DNA of 64,000 nt from NCBI GenBank assembly GCA_964035545.1, contig OZ037766.1, positions 2,790,001 to 2,854,000 on the forward strand. Direction: 5' to 3'. Below the pieces are notes generated by a model. The model was not told the origin of the DNA. It worked only from the letters and a program-made list of their open reading frames with translations, and did not search any database. Below, piece after piece: positions 33,722 through 43,900 of the stretch. Position 1 is the first letter of the stretch. Each line of letters starts with the position of its first letter. Origin of the DNA: Bugula neritina. Its lineage: Eukaryota; Animalia; Bryozoa. A program made the translations under genes and the position numbers.

Positions 33722-36700
33722 ATGGATCATCAACAACCTGCTCAGAACTCTCCTGTTAAAAGTTCTTCAGATGAAACCAAGGAGTCTGTTTTACCACCTT
33801 TAGCACCTGGTGATGGATCTAACATCGTTAGTAGTCCACCAGCCTCACCAGAGTATGTTCGTTCTCCGTCTGCAAAACCCACAGATAATGTAACAGCTCC
33901 GGAGCCAGCTGGTTCTGATTCTAAACTTGTACCACAACCACCACCAAAGTCTTCCCAAGAAACAAACAGTTTAGAACCTGATATTCTGGCACTCCTTCCT
34001 CCTCGACTGGCTCAAATGTCTGATGAAGAAAGAAAACGTTTATTTGTGGCAAAGTGTGACACTGAACAATACATTCAAAATGTCGAAGCAGTTGTGGATG
34101 TTTTAATGCACGAGTCTTTGTCACTGATAGAAGATTCTTCCAAGCTTATTCAGCTTTACAGGCAAGAATTGTAATTCTTTTGTTTTTCACCAGTAAATAA
34201 AAAAATAGTAATAAATTAAGTTTAGAAAGCTACTGGTGGATTTTGTCAATATATATTCTCTCTTGTAGTATGGTAGTAACTATAATAAGAAAATTAGTTC
34301 TATGTTTGGTGAATTTTAATTGTTTTACTTTGTTTTGTTTTATCTAGACTGATTTCTGCTGCAATTGTGATTAAGAAATGTGACATGGAAATGAAAGAAA
34401 AAGCTGTTCAAGCGTTAATAAAGAAAGGTTGGATGAAATTTCTCATGAATAGTTTTTTGCTGGTGATTGAGGAAGTGGAAAAACGTCAAGATGGTTGGGA
34501 AAATGGAAATAACAAAGTAACTATTTCTAACCTAACAATGGGGCTCATGGCTTTGACATTTATCATGAAGCGTTGTGCAGCTGAAACAGCAACTGAAATA
34601 TGCAACGCCATGGTTGCCTTTTTAATTCAAATCCTTGATCATCCGGCTCTGATAACTGCTGCAGCTGAAGGGGACCCAATAAATTTTAGGAAGAAGCTCC
34701 TTGCAGTTTTGGACGACATATCAAGGCTTGAAGTTCTCCGTAAGGAGATTTCTAGTAGTCAGTTGGAACAAATTGAAACTGTGTTGTGTAAATATATTGA
34801 TAAATTATCCTCTCTGAGCTCTGATTGCCAAAGAGCACTATACCTTCTTGGAGATGTTGATGTTGTGAACAGACTACCTCTTCAAAAGCTCTTAAATTTT
34901 GCTCCAACTACCGAAAGTTTAGAGTCAGATCTTGCTGATTGTCAAAAGACTGTAAAAAGGTTGAACTCAATCAGTATGGAGACTCATGTCTTGAAACCGT
35001 GGAGAGTTTATCTTGATTTCAGGTACTAGCAGGAGTTAGTGAAAGTATCAGCTAGTGCTCTGTTGTAATAATAAAAGATATTTTTGCAACACATGGTCAT
35101 TCAGTGATTTTCACAAATTGTTTTAAAAATTGCTGAAGAGTTTTTAGCTTGATTGACTATGAAGCATATTTAAAAATCTATAATTAACCACAATTATTGT
35201 GATTATTGCTCTATTTCAACAAATGCATTTAGTAAAAATAAGGCAAGATTTTTTTACAAATATTGTTTGAATTTTAATTATTTGTATTAATTTACTGTGG
35301 CTTATAACTTTATTTTCTGTCTATCTTTTATAGCTACATGATAACCGTGGTGAATCAGTCCAAGTTTTCGCAATGTTCTCCCACCGCATGTGGAGATTTT
35401 TACGCTGCTATAGTTAGAGATGGAGTGTGGTACAAGTTTGTGTCTGAGCTTTATCTTCATGTCATTGACTCACTCGAAAGGTTCAATGATGGGAGCCTCA
35501 AAATATCTTCAATTGCAATAGATGAAGCCTTAAAAAACCTCTACTACGCTCTCTCTACACTTCACAATGGCACTGATTATTGTAAAGATGTTCAAATCCT
35601 GCAGCTCACTGTTGACCATTTTTCCGACATGATTATTGAACAGTTGAAAAATCCTGTTCTTCTAAACATTTTGGCTAAAGATACTAGTGAGTCCAGCAAT
35701 AATAGTGAAAATTTACTTGTCGAGATTGGTGATGCGTTGCTAAGCATCATACACAACCTCACATTCTACTTCGAACCGTGTATTCCTACATTGAGAGAGA
35801 AGGGCATGATGTCAGTGGCAAGGAATGTACGAGAGCTTGCCTATACCTCAGACATCAAAACTTCTTGTCTTCTCATCATAGCCTATCTAATTGATGAGGG
35901 AGACAGCAAGGATGTGATGAAAATTACAGACGATGAATTATCTTTCCTAATTAAGGAAGTGAGGCTGTCAATGGAGCCTGAAAAGAAATCGGGATATCAT
36001 CCCGAAGAACTTATTGAAGGTTTAACGAGAATTGCCGGTATTGATCACAATAAACTAAAAGTGATTGAGCAGGGTGCTCTCCCTCTTCTGGTTCGGTCTC
36101 TCGATGCTGACAAGTATAACGCTGATCACCAGGCTGCCGCTGCTAAGGCCATCTGGAATCTGGCTTTTACTGATGAAAGTCGTCAAAAAATCATTGAGGA
36201 AGAAGGTTGCCTTGAAGGTAGAGTTTTGAACGTCACAAAGCATTTATTTAAATGTAATATTGTGTATTATTTGCCTTTCTATTTATTTATTTCCCACATA
36301 TAGCACTGCATAAACTGCAAAACTCTGAGAACCATAAAGTAAAAAATGCTGTTGGGGGAGCTTTGTGGCAAATTGAAGGAAAAAATAAGCATAAACAGAA
36401 CACTGTTAGTGAAGAGTTGACAAGAAATGGTAAATACTTACTTCTTAAGTTCCTTAATGCTTTCGTAATGACTCATTGATCAGTTCTGGCCTGTCACACA
36501 ATTAACCAATATTTTCATGGCTGACGGTCACAGTAAATTGCTGTCAACATTTCCATTTTCTAGACTCGAAACAGATAATGCTGAGTTATAATAAACTAGC
36601 TCGATCTGAAGTTCTCAAGATGAAAGAGAGGCTTGCTAATCTGGGTTACAAGGTGTGGATAGACGTAGAGCAGATCACTGCAGGTGAGTTGCATCAGTGC

Positions 36701-39430
36701 CTTTTCAAAATATCAAATGGAAAACAATCATTTAGAAAACAACTAATCACCAATAGACAACAAGAAAATAGACAATCAGCAAATGGACATTTGGAAAACG
36801 AGGAATATTTAACATGGACTAGTCTGGAAGAGTGCCCCAGTCCAAAATAGCTTTCAACAATAAATATATAAAGTCCGAATCAGTCAGGCCTATCATGAAA
36901 GTAGAATTAGTTGCCGAATAGTTTCAATTTAAGATGGCTCACAATTACAATAAGCCATTTTGACCTGACCAGATGCTGAATGCCCCCCTCCAAATTAGCT
37001 CATGTTGAATATGCTTTATTTTCCGAATGCCATTTTCCAAACGTCTACTTTCGAAGTGTCTGTTTCCAAGTTGTCTGTTGGTAATTTGTCCGTTTTCCAA
37101 ATAAGTGTTTTCCAATTGTCATTTTCAAAATGTGAGACAGCTTATTGAGATTAACTACTGTAGGCACAACATTTCTATGGGATTTTAGTAAGACATTGTG
37201 TAAGTGGCTGAGAAAAGTTTACAAATTTCAAGTAATTTGCATATTTTAATATCAAATTCTATTTGTTTACAATGTTCTTCAGTTTTTATCAGAATTTTAA
37301 TACCAAGTAGTTAATCAGTATAGTTGTATTTCGAGTTTTATTTTTGATCGTTTCTATGTTGCAGGTTTTTTGGCTGCTTTTTTTCTAAAAGCATTTATGC
37401 TAAAATCACTTATCTATTCAGGTGGTTCAACACTGGAAGCTATGAGCAAAGCCATTGAAGAATCAAGTTTGGTTTTAATCTTTTTCAGTGAAGCCTACAA
37501 AAACAGCACCAATTGCAGAGCAGGTAAAGCTAAAATCTAAGCTAGCTTCATCGTATATTTCCTAATGACTAGTTCAGCTGTTGAATGTAAGCTCAATATT
37601 ATAGTCGAGTGTTTTCCAGCGACCAGCCTTTGTCTGGGGGTTAGAGTCTTGGCTTAGCAAAAATGAAGTCATGAGTTCGATCTCCAGTAAAGGCGATTGG
37701 TGATGTTAGGAAGAGCATTCAGTCATATATGCTCCTGCGCCACACATAATTAGATAAATCCTTAGCAGGCTTGAAAAAAACCTTTTTCCTCTGGAGTTCT
37801 CATAAAGGCAGTGACTATAAACATGCGTGAGTTTTATGCATGAGTGTTGTTGGTTTTAGAGGCAGAGTATGTATTTGAACAGAGAAGGCCATTTCTCCCT
37901 GTACAAGTACAGCCCAAGTACGTACCTAACGGCTGGTTGGGAATCTTGCTAGGGACTAGATATCGTTACTGTCTGACTAAAGCTGACAGATACGATTTAG
38001 AAGTGTCATCACTACTACTTAAAGTACAGGAGCTCATTACTGGTGTCCAACAACCTAGTCTGGATGCAATAGGTACGTCTAGTAACAATCTAGTTTCTAG
38101 TAACAATCTTCGCCACTTAGTGCATAACTGTCAGCGTGTTTGAATTCAATTAAAATTAAGTCTAATCTGTAATAGATCCCTTTTTCCAATTGCTGTTTTC
38201 AAATACAAGGATTATGCATTTTATGTAGCTAGGTTAATACAACTAGTATGCTCTATTTTATTTAATTAGTGCTTCTTTTCAATGTTTTTATCTTATTGGA
38301 TGCATCACTGGAATAATTTTGGTTACTTACGGTGAAGAATATTTTATATATATATATATATATATATAAATATATCTTTACGAGCTAGTAATTTGATTAT
38401 AAATAGGTATACGAGAAACATTGTTATTTATTACTTTATTATGTAAAGTAATTACACTGATATTTCGGGTACCACTGTACCCATCTTCAGTGGTACCCGA
38501 AATATCAGTGTAATTACTTTACATAATAAAGTAATAAATAACAATGTTTCTCGTATACCTATTTATATATATATATATATGTCATGTTAGAGTATATTTT
38601 ATAATCTGAAACAAACAAAACTGTTCCAAATGTGTATACCCAGATGTCACTTAAGATACAGAACTCAACTGACACTTTTGTTTTCTTATATGTCCTGAAT
38701 GTGGTTTATATGTCGTATACATCTAGATTGGTTTAAGTTTCAAATGAAATTGGTGTAAAGGAAAGACAACTGTTATCTATCACTTACTGTTTTCTCAATC
38801 TCAAAGATTGTGTACGGCTGTATTCAAATTCTCAGTATTCCTGTTACTTGCAGACGGCCCTCTGATTGAGTCAACTGTAGAGCCACTGTTAGCCTCAGCT
38901 CCTTCAGAAAAGACAGTAAACTTGGAGTGCGTTAGTTGGACCACCCAACAAGTTGCTGAATGGCTGGGCACCTCAGATCTTTCGAATTTTGTGAAGTGGT
39001 AAGCTATGTATATGTAACGTGATTCAGTCATCATAAGAACAGCGAACTGGTGGACTATACCAACAGCAAGTTGCAGTAATTATTATCTACATTAATAATA
39101 ATAATTCTTGTTTTAGCTATTTTAATAATAATAATTTTCTTATTTATGCTGTTTTCTATATTATTATTCCCAAAATATCTCTGCTACATACATAGTTTTG
39201 CTATTTTTTATATTATACCCAAAATATTACTGCTACATATATTGTGTAGTTTTGTTATTTCTATAAGCTGTAGTGATAGGAAGATGAATGGAGAGATGTT
39301 GGCTGAGCTAGCATTGCTATCGCAGCACCACAAAGACACCTTCTACTCAATGATTGGTCAAATGCAAGGAGTTGATATCTTCGACTTTTTGAGATTTAGT
39401 TGTGCTGCCAAAAAACTTTGTCAGCAATAA
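33722..39430 (+). CDS. ARM-repeat / TIR / SAM-like protein, paralog A (~953 aa)
   Basis: Exons 33722-34161 (GC donor), 34348-35022, 35334-36217, 36304-36429, 36564-36683, 37422-37523, 37860-38072, 38854-38998, 39274-39430; total 2862 nt, in frame. ARM-type repeats (NKLKVIEQGALPLLV..AAKAIWNLAF..IIEEEGCLEAL). TIR: IMLSY..GYKVWIDVEQ..GSTLEAMSKAIEES..FSEAYKNSTNCRAEAEY..PNGWLGILLG. SAM-like: VSWTTQQVAEWL..KMNGEMLAEL. Upstream acceptor at 33692 implies a 5' exon. Confidence 0.88.
36700..37132. mobile_element. Degenerate MITE-like insertion with imperfect inverted arms in intron 5 of paralog A
   Basis: Absent from the matching paralog B intron. Left arm (ggaaaac..agacaa..ggacatttggaaaa) roughly mirrors the right arm (ttttccaaacgtc..ttgtct..gttttcc). 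Confidence 0.55.
37616..37841 (+). mobile_element. Probable tRNA-derived SINE in intron 6 of paralog A
   Basis: About 230 bp absent from the paralog B intron. Pol III B-box-like gagttcgatctc (37673-37684) preceded by an A-box-like segment; gagtgtt on both flanks may be a TSD. Confidence 0.55.
38345..38580. mobile_element. Palindromic insertion in (TA)n: perfect 80-bp inverted arms with a hammerhead-like core, probable Penelope-like element remnant
   Basis: Arms 38398-38477 and 38488-38567, 10-nt spacer. Minus strand reads CTGAAGA-T-GGGTAC-agtg-GTACCC-GAAA-TA-TC. Flanked by TA runs; absent in paralog B. Confidence 0.7.
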
Positions 39431-40907
39431 AATTCCCAGAATCCTTAGGGGATGTAAGAATACAGTAGTCTATGTATGATCCTCTACAGTAATCTTATAG
39501 ATATGTGATGTACCATGTGCCTTTATTTTCCTTGTCAATACTTAGTAACCGTGTTATAAATATATTTTGCATGCTGCTTTTTTCTGACATTTTTGTAGCA
39601 ATTATTGGGTAACTTTATTAAATTGCTTAGTTTTTATAGTGTTTTACAAAAGTTATTTTTATATAACTAATTGACTAAGTTATTTATGCTTTTTGTATTG
39701 TTTTCTATTTTTGGATAAACTTATATTTAGTTTCTCTAATACTTAATTATATTTTTCCAAATTTTTGAGCAATTTTACTTCAAATAATTTTTTTCTGTTG
39801 TTTTTGCTTTTACTTTTCTTCTACGTATCATAAAAATCAAAGCGTTTCAGTCTCACATTATTTCTAGCTACTGCCACGAATATCACAAGTTCGCCTTTAT
39901 ACAAATGTTTATTATATATTCGGGAATTTCCAACCATGTTTTTATTTTTAGAGCATATGAACCAAAAATACACAATCTAAGTAACAGACAAATAGAACAC
40001 AAGATGAGGTGCTTATAATAATTTTACTGAGTAATATTTACTAGCTTCCTCAATGGTAAGCTATGATTCCTTACAAACTTAGGACACTAGAATAATATTC
40101 AATTATATTATTTGTATTTCATTGAGCAAGTAAAACAGTTGCTTTGAGGGGCAAAGATAACTAATGATATTTTCAAGTGAGCATGCTACTTTTAAATTTA
40201 TGTACATGTATATAATAGTTATACTTTTCATGCACCATGAGCTGTGTTATCCATCGTAAATTTAAGCAATGTAAAATGCATCAGAAAAATATTATTGCTC
40301 AGCAGTATATTATCTATACTTCAAATTTTATAATAATGTTTATGTATTTGTGGTTCTAACTTATAAACTTCCACGTGATAATCTGCACATATGGACACGG
40401 TTTGGCAATATAATAGCATTTACATGCAGAGTTCAAAGCTATAGAAATCCTGAATTTAATTGAACATTGTATTAATTATGTATGTTGGACAACTAGTCAC
40501 CAAGAATTGCGATCAGAAGTTATCCTACCAGATCTTTGTTAATTCTGGGTATTCCATGCACGTCCTCGTTTATTTTTCCAGCTATCGACATTTCGATTTA
40601 AATGACATTGACATCACTCCGTAATAAACTATGGACCTACAGCATTCGCTTTAAATCTAAGTTGCACGTTAGCTTGTAAGTACCAGTATTTATAAGCGAG
40701 AGAAGCACGAGCACAGACTAATGTATTACCATGGTGAACCTTTGCCGGAAAATCATAACAGCGCTGAGTTTGTGGAGAAAATCTCTTTAAAATTATGTTT
40801 TTACTGCTGATGCAACGTGAGCTTTTTAAATTGTACACGTGGAACTATGGTTAAATTTTATTGCTGGTTTTTACAGCTTTGTAAATCTGCTAATAATCAA
40901 ACTGAAT

Positions 40908-43900
40908 ATGGATAAGGATAAGGATAAGGATAAGGAACAACCTGCTCAGAACTCTCCTGTCAAAAGTTCCTCAGATGAAACCAAGAATCTTGTTTTACCA
41001 CCTTTAGCACATGATGATGGATCGAGCATTGTTAGCAGTCCACCAGCTCCACCTGAGTATGTTCGTTCTTCGTCTCCAAAAGCCACAGATAATGTAACAG
41101 CTCCGGAGCCAACTGGTTCCGATTCTAAACTCGTACCACAACCACCACCAAAGTCTTCCCAAGAAACAAACAGTTTGGAACCTGATATTCTGGCACTTCT
41201 TCCTCCTCGACTGGCTCAAGTGTCTGATGAAGAAAGAAGACGCTTATTCGTGGCAAATTGTGACACTAAACAATACATTCAAAATGTCGAAACAATTGTT
41301 GCTGTTTTAATGCACGAATCTTTTTCACTGATAGACGATTCTTCCAAGCTTATTCAGCTTTACAAGTAAGAATTTAATTTTATGCTTGATGCAAGTAAGA
41401 CAATAAATAATAATTTACTTAGTAGGCTTGATGATTGATGACTTCTGCTAAGTTATGTTCTATTATTATTAGAATACAAATGTTGAACAATTAATTAATT
41501 CTAATTGTTTTAAAATTTCTCGTTTCAACTAGGCTGATTTCTGCTGCAATTGTGACTAAGAAGTGTGACATGGAATTGAAAGAAAAAGCTGTTCAAGCAT
41601 TAATAAAGAAAGGTTGGATGAAATTTCTCATAATGAATTTTTCACTGGTGATTGAAGAAGTGGAAAAATGTCAAAATGGCTGGGAAAGTGAGAACATCAA
41701 TGCAACAATTTCTAACTTAATTATAGGGCTCAATACCTTGACATTTACCATGAAGTGTTGTACAGCCGAAATTGCTATTGAAATATCTAAGGCTATGGTT
41801 GTCTTTGTAATTGAAATCCTGGATCACCCAGTTCTGTTAACTGCTGCAGTTGAAGGGGACCCAATAAGTTTTAGGAAGAAGCTCCTTGCAGTTTTGGACG
41901 ACATAGCAAGGCTTGACGTTCTCCGTAAGGAGATTTCTAGTAGTCAGTTGGAACAAATTGAAACTGTGTTGTGTAAATATATCGATAAATTATCCTCTCT
42001 GAGCTCTGATTGCCAAAGAGCACTATACCTTCTTGGAGATGTTGATGTTGTGAACAGACTACCTCTTCAAAAGCTCTTAAACTTTGCTCCAACGACTGAA
42101 AGTATAGAGTCAGATATTGCTGATTGTCAAAAGACAGTGAGAAAGTTGAACTCAATCAGTATGGAAACTCATGTCTGGAGGCCTTGGAGGGTTAGACTTG
42201 AATTCAGGTACTAGCAAAACTATACATGAAAGTTAGCAAAATTATCAGCTTGTTCTTTTTTGGATTCTAGCTTAATAAAAGATATTTTTGCATCTGACTT
42301 GGAAATTGCCATCACGTGGTTATTCAATGATTTCTTAAATTGTTATGAGAAATTACAAAAGGGTTTTTTACTTGATTGCGTATGACATTAGTTGTTCTTA
42401 TTGCTTTATTTCAACAAGTTCATCTACTAAAAATAAGTTAAGTTTCTGTTACAAATATTGTTTGAATTTTAATATATTGTACTAGTGTACTTTGAGTTCT
42501 AGCTTTATTTTCTATCTTTCTTGTATAGCTACATGATGGATGTGGTGACTCTGTCCAATTTCTCTCAGTGTTCTCCCACCGCGTGTGGAGATTTTTACGC
42601 TGCTATAGTTAGAGATGGAGTGTGGTACGAATTTGTGTCTGAGATTTATCTTCATGTCATTGACTCACTCAAAAGATTCAAAGATGGGAGCCTCAAAATA
42701 TCTTCATTTGCAATGGATTGCGCCATGATAAACCTCGTCAACAGTGTTGCTACACTCCAGAATGGCACTGATTATTGTAAAGATGCTCAAATCCTGCAGC
42801 TTACTGCTGACTATTTTTCGGACATGATTATTGAGCAGTTGAAAACTCCTGTTCTTCTAAACATTTTGGCTAAAGAAACTCGTGAGTCCAGCAATGATGG
42901 TGAAAATTTCCTTGTCGCGATTGGTGATGCATTGCTAAGCATCATACACAACCTTACATTTTACTTTGAACCGTGTATTCCTACATTGAGAGAGAAGGGA
43001 ATGATGTCAGTGGCAAGGAATGTGCGAGAACTTGCCCATGCCTCAAACACCAAGACCTCTTGTCTTCTCATCATAGCATATCTAATTGATGAGGGAGACA
43101 GCAAGGATGTGATGAAAATTACAGACGATGAATTATCTTTCCTAATTGAAGAATTGGGGGTGTCAATCGAACCCGATAGAATATCATATCATCCTGAAGA
43201 GGTCATTGAAGGTTTAACGAGAATTGCCGTTATTGATCACAATAAACTGAAAGTGATTGAGCAGGGTGCTCTCCCTCTTCTGGTTCGGTCTCTCAATGCT
43301 GACAAATATAACGCTGATCACCAGGCCGCCGCTGCTAAGGCCATCTGGAATCTGGCTTTTACTGATGAAAGTCGTCAAAAGATCATAGAGGAAGAAGGCT
43401 GCCTTGAAGGTAGAGTTTTGGACGTCACATAATGCGTTTATTTAAATGTGTATTGTGTATTGTTTGCCTTTTTATTTATTTGGATATTGTTTCCACATAT
43501 AGCATTGCGTAAGCTGCAAAACTCTGAGAACCTTAAAGTAAAGAACGCTGTTGCTGGTGCTTTGTGGCAAATTGAAGGGAAAAATAAGCATAAACAACAC
43601 GCTCCTAGTGAAGAGTTGACAAGAAATGGTAAATACTTACTTCTCAAGTTTCCTAATACTTTAGTTTTGACTCATTGGCTAGTTCTGGCTTTTTAATCAA
43701 CCTGAAAGCTTGAATAGACCCTTTTCAGAGGTCCCTTATATCTCCTTCACAGTAAAGATTTGTGGTCTTCCACAGGGAATAGGTTGAATGTTTGTATAAA
43801 GAGCAATTTCATTTAAAATTTAAAGTTTGGCTGCTACTTAGAATTCTAAATTATGCTATAGAATTGTCTTTTTAGGAGATAGATATTTTGGTATAAGCAC

